From Auanema rhodensis (Eukaryota; Animalia; Nematoda): 64,000 nt of DNA. The stretch is from the NCBI GenBank assembly GCA_964057225.1, contig OZ059898.1, positions 15,562,001-15,626,000 of the forward strand. Reading direction: 5' to 3'. Within the stretch, counting starts at the first letter, position 1. The number at the start of each line of letters is the position of its first letter. The notes under the pieces were generated by a model, which did no database searches, was not told the origin of the DNA, and saw only the letters and a list, made by a program, of their open reading frames with translations. This document shows positions 12,447-26,800 of the stretch, one piece after another. The position numbers and the translations under genes are program-made.

Positions 12447-13306
12447 TATGTTTTTATTTTCTGTTACTGATTCGACGTTCTACAAAATGTAATAAAAGTT
12501 TTGAAACTACTTTAGCTTATCCATTTTTGAATAGAAAACGTTATATTTGCTTTTAAAGATATTTATTTATACTATCAATATAATAAAATTTAATAAAAGG
12601 TTTTTTCATAACATTGGTCTTTTTATATTTTATTATAAACAAACCGCTAATTTTTACAAACAAATTTAAAATATTGAGTAAAGTTTGGTCCATTTTCGAA
12701 TTAAAAATCTCAAAACACGGTTGTGTTCCATTTCATTTTTCTAATTCAGATTAATCATTTTAAATTAAATGTTTCAGTGGTTAGTTATCTAGAGAAGTCG
12801 GAAAAAGTTGAATAAAATGAAAAATAAAAATAATTCAAATAATTAAAAGTAAGTTAACTAAATTAACTTCTATTCAATATAAATATGTTTATATATTATT
12901 TTATAAAATAAATAAATTAAATATTTGAACAGAATTCATGATTATCAGTGGAGCGCGACATATTGTTTTGTTCTCTGGCATGGTTTTAAAGAAAAAATAT
13001 GATTAACAATAGTAAACTTAGTATTATCCAACTTCAATATATGAAATCAGACCCGTAGAACCTGAAAAACCGATCAAAATTCGAAAATATGGTCAAATTA
13101 AGGAGATATAACGCCTTGAACATAGCCGTTATAGTGAGGCTATATTCCCTTAAGGTTTATATCATATATCCATTTTTTATTTTATCATATAGTTACCAAT
13201 TATATATAAATGTGGTCAATAGCCGAAAGGATAAGATGACAGACTGACACTCAAACAGTCCAAGATCGAATCCCCTAAGATACTGAACCCAACATAAGGT
13301 AAGACA

Positions 13307-14846
13307 AAGATTATAGAGCCGGAGCCCGAGGATCAGGAGCGAGGAGCCCGGGGATCAGGAGGGAGGAGCCCGGGGATCAGGAGCGAGGAGCCCGAGGATC
13401 ATGAGCGAGGAGCCCGGGGATCAGGAGGGAGGAGCCCGGGGATCAGGAGGGAGGAGCCCGGGGATCAGGAGCGAGGAGCCCGGGGATCAGGAGCCCGAAG
13501 ACGAGGAGCCCGAGGATGAGGAGCCAGGAGCCCGAAGACGAGGAGCCGCCGAGGAGCCCGAGGATCAGGAGCGAGGAGCCAGGAGCCCGAAGACGAGGAG
13601 CCCGAGGATGAGGAGCCAGGAGCCCGAAGACGAGGAGCCGCCGAGGAGCCCGAGGATCAGGAGCGAGGAGCCAGGAGCCCGAAGACGAGGAGCCCGAGGA
13701 TGAGGAGCCAGGAGCCCGAAGACGAGGAGCCCGAGGATGAGGAGCCAGGAGCCCGAAGACGAGGAGCCGCCGAGGAGCCCGAGGATCAGGAGCGAGGAGC
13801 CAGGAGCCCGAAGACGAGGAGCCCGAGGATGAGGAGTCAGGAGCCCGAAGACGAGGAGCCGCCGAGGAGCCCGAGGATCAGGAGCGAGGAGCCAGGAGCC
13901 CGAAGACGAGGAGCCGCCAAGGAGCCCGAGTATCAGGAGCGAGGCGGGCAGGAGCCGCCGAAGAGCCCGAGGATCAGGAGCGAGGAGCCAGGAGCCCGAG
14001 GATCAGGAGCGAGGAGCGAGGAGTCCGAATAGGAAGATTATAGAGCCGGAGCCCGAGGATCAGGAGCGAGGAGCCCGGGGATCAGGAGGGAGGAGCCCGG
14101 GGATCAGGAGCGAGGAGCCCGAGGATCATGAGCGAGGAGCCCGGGGATCAGGAGGGAGGAGCCCGGGGATCAGGAGGGAGGAGCCCGGGGATCAGGAGCG
14201 AGGAGCCCGGGGATCAGGAGCCCGAAGACGAGGAGCCCGAGGATGAGGAGCCAGGAGCCCGAAGACGAGGAGCCGCCGAGGAGCCCGAGGATCAGGAGCG
14301 AGGAGCCAGGAGCCCGAAGACGAGGAGCCCGAGGATGAGGAGCCAGGAGCCCGAAGACGAGGAGCCGCCGAGGAGCCCGAGGATCAGGAGCGAGGAGCCA
14401 GGAGCCCGAAGACGAGGAGCCCGAGGATGAGGAGCCAGGAGCCCGAAGACGAGGAGCCCGAGGATGAGGAGCCAGGAGCCCGAAGACGAGGAGCCGCCGA
14501 GGAGCCCGAGGATCAGGAGCGAGGAGCCAGGAGCCCGAAGACGAGGAGCCCGAGGATGAGGAGTCAGGAGCCCGAAGACGAGGAGCCGCCGAGGAGCCCG
14601 AGGATCAGGAGCGAGGAGCCAGGAGCCCGAAGACGAGGAGCCGCCAAGGAGCCCGAGTATCAGGAGCGAGGCGGGCAGGAGCCGCCGAAGAGCCCGAGGA
14701 TCAGGAGCGAGGAGCCAGGAGCCCGAGGATCAGGAGCGAGGAGCGAGGAGTCCGAATAGGAGGAGCCTCAGAGAAGTCTTTTGCCTTCCGAAGACGAAGA
14801 ACCAGGAGCCCGAAGATTCCGAAGACGAGGAGCTTGAGCGAAGCCA
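13307..14846 (+). repeat. GC/purine-rich complex minisatellite (GAGGAGCCC/GAGGATCAG/GAAGAC modules) as two identical 727-bp tandem blocks plus a degenerate tail
   Basis: 13307-14033 = 14034-14760; the ORF track gives identical translations at offset 727. Strong strand asymmetry with very few T on the + strand. Confidence 0.93.
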
Positions 14847-14851
14847 TTGTG

Positions 14852-17800
14852 AAATCTTGGGATGGGGTCAAGATAAACTATTTTTCAGGAAAATAGAGAG
14901 GTCCTCGTCAATTTATATTAGAAAATTCAGAATCTACACATCTGAATACCCAACTTGAGATTAATTTTATTTGATCATAGTTCACGATCTGGGAGTAAAT
15001 CGAGCATTCACCGGGCACAACGTGACTACAGCCTGAACTTTTTTGTGAACAAATCTTGGGATGGGGTTGAGATAAACTATTTTTCAGGAAAATAGAGGGG
15101 TCCTCGTCAATTTATATTAGAAAATTCAGAATCTACACATCTGAATACCCAACTTGTGATTATTTTTATTTGATCATAGTGTACGATCTGGGAGTAAATC
15201 GAGCATTCACCGGGCACAACGTGACTACAGCCTGAACTTTTTTGTGAACAAATCTTGGGATGGGGTTGAGATAAACTATTTTTCAGGAAAATAGAGGGGT
15301 CCTCGTCAATTTATATTAGAAAATTCAGAATCTACACATCTGAATACCCAACTTGAGATTAATTTTATTTGATCATAGTTCACGATCTGGGAGTAAATCG
15401 AACATTCACCGGGCACAACGTGACTACAGCCTGAACTTTTTTGTGAACAAATCTTGGGATGGGGTGGAGATAAACTATTTTTCAGGAAAATAGAGGGGTC
15501 CTCGTCAATTTATATTAGAAAATTCAGAATCTACACATCTGAATACCCAACTTGTGATTATTTTTATTTGATCATAGTGTACGATCTGGGAGTAAATCGA
15601 GCATTCACCGGGCACAACGTGACTACAGCCTGAACTTTTTTGTGAACAAATCTTGGGATGGGGTGGAGATAAACTATTTTTCAGGAAAATAGAGGGGTCC
15701 TCGTCAATTTATATTAGAAAATTCAGAATCTACACATCTGAATACCCAACTTGTGATTATTTTTATTTGATCATAGTTCACGATCTGGGAGTAAATCGAG
15801 CATTCACCGGGCACAACGTGACTACAGCCTGAACTTTTTTGTGAACAAATCTTGGGATGGGGTGGAGATAAACTATTTTTCAGGAAAATAGAGGGGTCCT
15901 CGTCAATTTATATTAGAAAATTCAGAATCTACACATCTGAATACCCAACTTGTGATTATTTTTATTTGATCATAGTTCACGATCTGGGAGTAAATCGAGC
16001 ATTCACCGGGCACAACATGACTACAGCCTGAACTTTTTTGTGAACAAATCTTGGGATGGGGTGGAGATAAACTATTTTTCAGGAAAATAGAGAGGTCCTC
16101 GTCAATTGTTATTAGAAAATTCAGAATCTACACATCTGAATACCCAACTTGTGATTAATGTGATTGGATCATAGTTCACGATCTGGGAGTAAATCGAGCA
16201 TTCACCGGGCACAACATGACTACAGCCTGAACTTTTTTGTGAACAAATCTTGGGATGGGGTCGAGATAAACTATTTTTTCGGAAAATAGAGAGGTCCTCG
16301 TCAATTTTTATTAGAAAATTCAGAATCTACACATCTGAATACCCAACTTGTGATTATTTTTATTTGATCATAGTCCACGAACTGGGAGTAAATCGAACAT
16401 TCACCGGGCACAACGTGACTACAGCCTGAACTTTTTTGTGAACAAATCTTGGGATGGGGTGGAGATAAACTATTTTTCAGGAAAATAGAGGGGTCCTCGT
16501 CAATTTATATTAGAAAATTCAGAATCTACACATCTGAATACCCAACTTGTGATTATTTTTATTTGATCATAGTTCACGATCTGGGAGTAAATCGAGCATT
16601 CACCGGGCACAACATGACTACAGCCTGAACTTTTTTGTGAACAAATCTTGGGATGGGGTCGAGATAAACTATTTTTTCGGAAAATAGAGAGGTCCTCGTC
16701 AATTTTTATTAGAAAATTCAGAATCTACACATCTGAATACCCAACTTGTGATTATTTTTATTTGATCATAGTTCACGATCTGGGAGTAAATCGAGCATTC
16801 ACCGGGCACAACATGACTACAGCCTGAACTTTTTTGTGAACAAATCTTGGGATGGGGTGGAGATAAACTATTTTTCAGGAAAATAGAGGGGTCCTCGTCA
16901 ATTTATATTAGAAAATTCAGAATCTACACATCTGAATACCCAACTTGTGATTATTTTTATTTGATCATAGTTCACGATCTGGGAGTAAATCGAGCATTCA
17001 CCGGGCACAACATGACTACAGCCTGAACTTTTTTGTGAACAAATCTTGGGATGGGGTGGAGATAAACTATTTTTCAGGAAAATAGAGAGGTCCTCGTCAA
17101 TTGTTATTAGAAAATTCAGAATCTACACATCTGAATACCCAACTTGTGATTATTTTTATTTGATCATAGTTCACGATCTGGGAGTAAATCGAGCATTCAC
17201 CGGGCACAACATGACTACAGCCTGAACTTTTTTGTGAACAAATCTTGGGATGGGGTGGAGATAAACTATTTTTCAGGAAAATAGAGAGGTCCTCGTCAAT
17301 TGTTATTAGAAAATTCAGAATCTACACATCTGAATACCCAACTTGTGATTAATGTGATTGGATCATAGTCCACGAACTGGGAGTAAATCGAACATTCACC
17401 GGGCACAACGTGACTACAGCCTGAACTTTTTTGTGAACAAATCTTGGGATGGGGTCGAGATAAACTATTTTTCAGGAAAATAGAGAGGTCGTCGTCAATT
17501 TTTATTAGAAAATTCAGAATCTACACATCTGAATACCCAACTTGTGATTATTTTTATTTGATCATAGTTCACGATCTGGGAGTAAATCGAGCATTCACCG
17601 GGCACAACATGACTACAGCCTGAACTTTTTTGTGAACAAATCTTGGGATGGGGTGGAGATAAACTATTTTTTCGGAAAATAGAGAGGTCCTCGTCAATTT
17701 ATATTAGAAAATTCAGAATCTACACATCTGAATACCCAACTTGTGATTAATGTGATTGGATCATAGTCCACGAACTGGGAGTAAATCGAACATTCACCGG

Positions 17801-20800
17801 GCACAACGTGACTACAGCCTGAACTTTTTTGTGAACAAATCTTGGGATGGGGTCGAGATAAACTATTTTTCAGGAAAATAGAGAGGTCGTCGTCAATTTT
17901 TATTAGAAAATTCAGAATCTACACATCTGAATACCCAACTTGTGATTATTTTTATTTGATCATAGTTCACGATCTGGGAGTAAATCGAGCATTCACCGGG
18001 CACAACGTGACTACAGCCTGAACTTTTTTGTGAACAAATCTTGGGATGGGGTGGAGATAAACTATTTTTCAGGAAAATAGAGGGGTCCTCGTCAATTTAT
18101 ATTAGAAAATTCAGAATCTACACATCTGAATACCCAACTTGTGATTATTTTTATTTGATCATAGTTCACGATCTGGGAGTAAATCGAGCATTCACCGGGC
18201 ACAACGTGACTACAGCCTGAACTTTTTTGTGAACAAATCTTGGGATGGGGTGGAGATAAACTATTTTTCAGGAAAATAGAGGGGTCCTCGTCAATTTATA
18301 TTAGAAAATTCAGAATCTACACATCTGAATACCCAACTTGTGATTATTTTTATTTGATCATAGTTCACGATCTGGGAGTAAATCGAGCATTCACCGGGCA
18401 CAACATGACTACAGCCTGAACTTTTTTGTGAACAAATCTTGGGATGGGGTGGAGATAAACTATTTTTCAGGAAAATAGAGAGGTCCTCGTCAATTGTTAT
18501 TAGAAAATTCAGAATCTACACATCTGAATACCCAACTTGTGATTAATGTGATTGGATCATAGTTCACGATCTGGGAGTAAATCGAGCATTCACCGGGCAC
18601 AACATGACTACAGCCTGAACTTTTTTGTGAACAAATCTTGGGATGGGGTCGAGATAAACTATTTTTTCGGAAAATAGAGAGGTCCTCGTCAATTTATATT
18701 AGAAAATTCAGAATCTACACATCTGAATACCCAACTTGTGATTAATGTGATTGGATCATAGTCCACGAACTGGGAGTAAATCGAACATTCACCGGGCACA
18801 ACGTGACTACAGCCTGAACTTTTTTGTGAACAAATCTTGGGATGGGGTCGAGATAAACTATTTTTCAGGAAAATAGAGAGGTCGTCGTCAATTTTTATTA
18901 AAAAATTCAGAATCTACACATCTGAATACCCAACTTGTGATTATTTTTATTTGATCATAGTTCACGATCTGGGAGTAAATCGAGCATTCACCGGGCACAA
19001 CATGACTACAGCCTGAACTTTTTTGTGAACAAATCTTGGGATGGGGTGGAGATAAACTATTTTTTCGGAAAATAGAGAGGTCCTCGTCAATTTATATTAG
19101 AAAATTCAGAATCTACACATCTGAATACCCAACTTGTGATTAATGTGATTGGATCATAGTCCACGAACTGGGAGTAAATCGAACATTCACCGGGCACAAC
19201 GTGACTACAGCCTGAACTTTTTTGTGAACAAATCTTGGGATGGGGTCGAGATAAACTATTTTTCAGGAAAATAGAGAGGTCGTCGTCAATTTTTATTAGA
19301 AAATTCAGAATCTACACATCTGAATACCCAACTTGTGATTATTTTTATTTGATCATAGTTCACGATCTGGGAGTAAATCGAGCATTCACCGGGCACAACA
19401 TGACTACAGCCTGAACTTTTTTGTGAACAAATCTTGGGATGGGGTGGAGATAAACTATTTTTCAGGAAAATAGACAGGTCGTCGTCAATTTTTATTAGAA
19501 AATTCAGAATCTACACATCTGAATACCCAACTTGTGATTAATTTTATTTGATCATAGTTCACGATCTGGGAGTAAATCGAGCATTCACCGGGCACAACGT
19601 GACTACAGCCTGAACTTTTTTGTGAACAAATCTTGGGATGGGGTGGAGATAAACTATTTTTCAGGAAAATAGAGAGGTCCTCGTCAGTTTATATTAGAAA
19701 ATTCAGAATCTACACATCTGAATACCCAACTTGTGATTAATTTTATTTGATCATAGTTCACGATCTGGGAGTAAATCGAGCATTCACCGGGCACAACGTG
19801 ACTACAGCCTGAACTTTTTTGTGAACAAATCTTGGGATGGGGTGGAGATAAACTATTTTTCAGGAAAATAGAGAGGTCCTCGTCAGTTTATATTAGAAAA
19901 TTCAGAATCTACACATCTGAATACCCAACTTGTGATTAATTTTATTTGATCATAGTTCACGATCTGGGAGTAAATCGAGCATTCACCGGGCACAACGTGA
20001 CTACAGCCTGAACTTTTTTGTGAACAAATCTTGGGATGGGGTGGAGATAAACTATTTTTCAGGAAAATAGAGAGGTCCTCGTCAGTTTATATTAGAAAAT
20101 TCAGAATCTACACATCTGAATACCCAACTTGTGATTAATGTGATTGGATCATAGTCCACGAACTGGGAGTAAATCGAACATTCACCGGGCACAACGTGAC
20201 TACAGCCTGAACTTTTTTGTGAACAAATCTTGGGATGGGGTGGAGATAAACTATTTTTCAGGAAAATAGAGAGGTCCTCGTCAGTTTATATTAGAAAATT
20301 CAGAATCTACACATCTGAATACCCAACTTGTGATTAATTTTATTTGATCATAGTTCACGATCTGGGAGTAAATCGAGCATTCACCGGGCACAACGTGACT
20401 ACAGCCTGAACTTTTTTGTGAACAAATCTTGGGATGGGGTGGAGATAAACTATTTTTCAGGAAAATAGAGAGGTCCTCGTCAGTTTATATTAGAAAATTC
20501 AGAATCTACACATCTGAATACCCAACTTGTGATTAATTTTATTTGATCATAGTTCACGATCTGGGAGTAAATCGAGCATTCACCGGGCACAACGTGACTA
20601 CAGCCTGAACTTTTTTGTGAACAAATCTTGGGATGGGGTCGAGATAAACTATTTTTCAGGAAAATAGAGAGGTCGTCGTCAATTTTTATTAGAAAATTCA
20701 GAATCTACACATCTGAATACCCAACTTGTGATTATTTTTATTTGATCATAGTTCACGATCTGGGAGTAAATCGAGCATTCACCGGGCACAACATGACTAC

Positions 20801-23800
20801 AGCCTGAACTTTTTTGTGAACAAATCTTGGGATGGGGTGGAGATAAACTATTTTTTCGGAAAATAGAGAGGTCCTCGTCAATTTATATTAGAAAATTCAG
20901 AATCTACACATCTGAATACCCAACTTGTGATTATTTTTATTTGATCATAGTTCACGATCTGGGAGTAAATCGAGCATTCACCGGGCACAACATGACTACA
21001 GCCTGAACTTTTTTGTGAACAAATCTTGGGATGGGGTGGAGATAAACTATTTTTTCGGAAAATAGAGAGGTCCTCGTCAATTTATATTAGAAAATTCAGA
21101 ATCTACACATCTGAATACCCAACTTGTGATTAATGTGATTGGATCATAGTCCACGAACTGGGAGTAAATCGAACATTCACCGGGCACAACGTGACTACAG
21201 CCTGAACTTTTTTGTGAACAAATCTTGGGATGGGGTCGAGATAAACTATTTTTCAGGAAAATAGAGAGGTCGTCGTCAATTTTTATTAGAAAATTCAGAA
21301 TCTACACATCTGAATACCCAACTTGTGATTAATGTGATTGGATCATAGTTCACGATCTGGGAGTAAATCGAGCATTCACCGGGCACAACATGACTACAGC
21401 CTGAACTTTTTTGTGAACAAATCTTGGGATGGGGTGGAGATAAACTATTTTTCAGGAAAATAGACAGGTCCTCGTCAGTTTATATTAGAAAATTCAGAAT
21501 CTACACATCTGAATACCCAACTTGTGATTAATTTTATTTGATCATAGTTCACGATCTGGGAGTAAATCGAGCATTCACCGGGCACAACGTGACTACAGCC
21601 TGAACTTTTTTGTGAACAAATCTTGGGATGGGGTCGAGATAAACTATTTTTCAGGAAAATAGAGAGGTCGTCGTCAATTTTTATTAGAAAATTCAGAATC
21701 TACACATCTGAATACCCAACTTGTGATTAATTTTATTTGATCATAGTTCACGATCTGGGAGTAAATCGAGCATTCACCGGGCACAACGTGACTACAGCCT
21801 GAACTTTTTTGTGAACAAATCTTGGGATGGGGTGGAGATAAACTATTTTTCAGGAAAATAGAGGGGTCCTCGTCAATTTATATTAGAAAATTCAGAATCT
21901 ACACATCTGAATACCCAACTTGTGATTATTTTTATTTGATCATAGTTCACGATCTGGGAGTAAATCGAGCATTCACCGGGCACAACGTGACTACAGCCTG
22001 AACTTTTTTGTGAACAAATCTTGGGATGGGGTGGAGATAAACTATTTTTCAGGAAAATAGAGGGGTCCTCGTCAATTTATATTAGAAAATTCAGAATCTA
22101 CACATCTGAATACCCAACTTGTGATTATTTTTATTTGATCATAGTTCACGATCTGGGAGTAAATCGAGCATTCACCGGGCACAACATGACTACAGCCTGA
22201 ACTTTTTTGTGAACAAATCTTGGGATGGGGTGGAGATAAACTATTTTTCAGGAAAATAGAGAGGTCCTCGTCAATTGTTATTAGAAAATTCAGAATCTAC
22301 ACATCTGAATACCCAACTTGTGATTAATGTGATTGGATCATAGTTCACGATCTGGGAGTAAATCGAGCATTCACCGGGCACAACATGACTACAGCCTGAA
22401 CTTTTTTGTGAACAAATCTTGGGATGGGGTCGAGATAAACTATTTTTTCGGAAAATAGACAGGTCCTCGTCAATTTATATTAGAAAATTCAGAATCTACA
22501 CATCTGAATACCCAACTTGTGATTATTTCTATTTGATCATAGTTCACGATCTGGGAGTAAATCGAACATTCACCGGGCACAACATGACTACAGCCTGAAC
22601 TTTTTTGTGAACAAATCTTGGGATGGGGTCGAGATAAACTATTTTTTCGGAAAATAGACAGGTCCTCGTCAATTTATATTAGAAAATTCAGAATCTACAC
22701 ATCTGAATACCCAACTTGTGATTATTTTTATTTGATCATAGTTCACGATCTGGGAGTAAATCGAGCATTCACCGGGCACAACATGACTACAGCCTGAACT
22801 TTTTTGTGAACAAATCTTGGGATGGGGTGGAGATAAACTATTTTTCAGGAAAATAGAGAGGTCGTCGTCAATTTATATTAGAAAATTCAGAATCTACACA
22901 TCTGAATACCCAACTTGTGATTATTTTTATTTGATCATAGTTCACGATCTGGGAGTAAATCGAGCATTCACCGGGCACAACATGACTACAGCCTGAACTT
23001 TTTTGTGAACAAATCTTGGGATGGGGTGGAGATAAACTATTTTTTCGGAAAATAGACAGGTCCTCGTCAATTGTTATTAGAAAATTCAGAATCTACACAT
23101 CTGAATACCCAACTTGTGATTATTTCTATTTGATCATACTTCACGATCTGGGAGTAAATCGAGCATTCACCGGGCACAACATGACTACAGCCTGAACTTT
23201 TTTGTGAACAAATCTTGGGATGGGGTCGAGATAAACTATTTTTTCGGAAAATAGACAGGTCCTCGTCAATTTATATTAGAAAATTCAGAATCTACACATC
23301 TGAATACCCAACTTGTGATTATTTTTATTTGATCATAGTTCACGATCTGGGAGTAAATCGAGCATTCACCGGGCACAACATGACTACAGCCTGAACTTTT
23401 TTGTGAACAAATCTTGGGATGGGGTGGAGATAAACTATTTTTCAGGAAAATAGAGAGGTCGTCGTCAATTTATATTAGAAAATTCAGAATCTACACATCT
23501 GAATACCCAACTTGTGATTATTTTTATTTGATCATAGTTCACGATCTGGGAGTAAATCGAGCATTCACCGGGCACAACATGACTACAGCCTGAACTTTTT
23601 TGTGAACAAATCTTGGGATGGGGTGGAGATAAACTATTTTTTCGGAAAATAGACAGGTCCTCGTCAATTGTTATTAGAAAATTCAGAATCTACACATCTG
23701 AATACCCAACTTGTGATTATTTTTATTTGATCATAGTTCACGATCTGGGAGTAAATCGAGCATTCACCGGGCACAACGTGACTACAGCCTGAACTTTTTT

Positions 23801-26800
23801 GTGAACAAATCTTGGGATGGGGTGGAGATAAACTATTTTTTCGGAAAATAGACAGGTCCTCGTCAATTGTTATTAGAAAATTCAGAATCTACACATCTGA
23901 ATACCCAACTTGTGATTATTTTTATTTGATCATAGTTCACGATCTGGGAGTAAATCGAGCATTCACCGGGCACAACATGACTACAGCCAGAACTTTTTTG
24001 TGAACAAATCTTGGGATGGGGTGGAGATAAACTATTTTTCAGGAAAATAGAGAGGTCGTCGTCAATTTATATTAGAAAATTCAGAATCTACACATCTGAA
24101 TACCCAACTTGTGATTATTTTTATTTGATCATAGTTCACGATCTGGGAGTAAATCGAGCATTCACCGGGCACAACATGACTACAGCCTGAACTTTTTTGT
24201 GAACAAATCTTGGGATGGGGTGGAGATAAACTATTTTTCAGGAAAATAGAGAGGTCGTCGTCAATTTATATTAGAAAATTCAGAATCTACACATCTGAAT
24301 ACCCAACTTGTGATTATTTCTATTTGATCATACTTCACGATCTGGGAGTAAATCGAACATTCACCGGGCACAACGTGACTACAGCCTGAACTTTTTTGTG
24401 AACAAATCTTGGGATGGGGTGGAGATAAACTATTTTTCAGGAAAATAGAGAGGTCGTCGTCAATTTATATTAGAAAATTCAGAATCTACACATCTGAATA
24501 CCCAACTTGTGATTATTTCTATTTGATCATACTTCACGATCTGGGAGTAAATCGAACATTCACCGGGCACAACGTGACTACAGCCTGAACTTTTTTGTGA
24601 ACAAATCTTGGGATGGGGTGGAGATAAACTATTTTTCAGGAAAATAGAGAGGTCCTCGTCAATTTTTATTAGAAAATTCAGAATCTACACATCTGAATAC
24701 CCAACTTGTGATTATTTTTATTTGATCATAGTTCACGATCTGGGAGTAAATCGAGCATTCACCGGGCACAACATGACTACAGCCTGAACTTTTTTGTGAA
24801 CAAATCTTGGGATGGGGTCGAGATAAACTATTTTTTCGGAAAATAGACAAGTCCTCGTCAATTGTTATTAGAAAATTCAGAATCTACACATCTGAATACC
24901 CAACTTGTGATTATTTCTATTTGATCATACTTCACGATCTGGGAGTAAATCGAGCATTCACCGGGCACAACATGACTACAGCCTGAACTTTTTTGTGAAC
25001 AAATCTTGGGATGGGGTCGAGATAAACTATTTTTTCGGAAAATAGACAGGTCCTCGTCAATTGTTATTAGAAAATTCAGAATCTACACATCTGAATACCC
25101 AACTTGTGATTATTTTTATTTGATCATAGTTCACGATCTGGGAGTAAATCGAACATTCACCGGGCACAACGTGACTACAGCCTGAACTTTTTTGTGAACA
25201 AATCTTGGGATGGGGTGGAGATAAACTATTTTTCAGGAAAATAGACAGGTCGTCGTCAATTTTTATTAGAAAATTCAGAATCTACACATCTGAATACCCA
25301 ACTTGTGATTATTTTTATTTGATCATAGTGTACGATCTGGGAGTAAATCGAGCATTCACCGGGCACAACATGACTACAGCCTGAACTTTTTTGTGAACAA
25401 ATCTTGGGATGGGGTGGAGATAAACTATTTTTCAGGAAAATAGAGAGGTCCTCGTCAATTTTTATTAGAAAATTCAGAATCTACACATCTGAATACCCAA
25501 CTTGTGATTAATTTTATTTGATCATAGTTCACGATCTGGGAGTAAATCGAGCATTCACCGGGCACAACATGACTACAGCCTGAACTTTTTTGTGAACAAA
25601 TCTTGGGATGGGGTCGAGATAAACTATTTTTCAGGAAAATAGAGAGGTCGTCGTCAATTGTTATTAGAAAATTCAGAATCTACACATCTGAATACCCAAC
25701 TTGTGATTAATTTTATTTGATCATAGTTCACGATCTGGGAGTAAATCGAGCATTCACCGGGCACAACATGACTACAGCCTGAACTTTTTTGTGAACAAAT
25801 CTTGGGATGGGGTCGAGATAAACTATTTTTTCGGAAAATAGACAGGTCCTCGTCAATTGTTATTAGAAAATTCAGAATCTACACATCTGAATACCCAACT
25901 TGTGATTATTTTTATTTGATCATAGTTCACGATCTGGGAGTAAATCGAGCATTCACCGGGCACAACATGACTACAGCCTGAACTTTTTTGTGAACAAATC
26001 TTGGGATGGGGTTGAGATAAACTATTTTTTCGGAAAATAGACAGATCCTCGTCAATTGTTATTAGAAAATTCAGAATCTACACATCTGAATACCCAACTT
26101 GTGATTATTTTTATTTGATCATAGTGTACGATCTGGGAGTAAATCGAGCATTCACCGGGCACAACATGACTACAGCCTGAACTTTTTTGTGAACAAATCT
26201 TGGGATGGGGTCGAGATAAACTATTTTTCAGGAAAATAGAGAGGTCCTCGTCAATTTATATTAGAAAATTCAGAATCTACACATCTGAATACCCAACTTG
26301 TGATTATTTTTATTTGATCATAGTTCACGATCTGGGAGTAAATCGAACATTCACCGGGCACAACGTGACTACAGCCTGAACTTTTTTGTGAACAAATCTT
26401 GGGATGGGGTGGAGATAAACTATTTTTTCGGAAAATAGAGAGGTCCTCATTAATTTTTATTAGAAAATTCAGAATCTACACATCTGAATACCCAACTTGT
26501 GATTATTTTTATTTGATCATAGTGTACGATCTGGGAGTAAATCGAGCATTCACCGGGCACAACATGACTACAGCCTGAACTTTTTTGTTAACAAATCTTG
26601 GGATGGGGTTGAGATAAACTATTTTTCAGGAAAATAGAGAGGTCCTCGTCAGTTTATATTAGAAAATTCAGAATCTACACATCTGAATACCCAACTTGTG
26701 ATTATTTTTATTTGATCATAGTGTACGATCTGGGAGTAAATCGAGCATTCACCGGGCACAACATGACTACAGCCTGAACTTTTTTGTGAACAAATCTTGG

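Noticed and set aside
13401-14759. Four 100-110 aa ORFs in the GC-rich block as real genes
   Set aside because: A T-poor repeat lacks stops by composition, and the frames shift between modules.
14852-15050. Satellite monomer as a tRNA/5S/SL RNA gene or heat-shock-element array
   Set aside because: Only a partial B-box-like GTTCGATT on the minus strand and no cloverleaf. GAAnnTTC/TTCnnGAA occur only as two-unit sites, not the three units of a canonical HSE.
23812-24850. Short ORFs within the satellite (also 12071-12304 and 41965-42177)
   Set aside because: Chance products of single substitutions removing stops in the repeat; 199 is not a multiple of 3.
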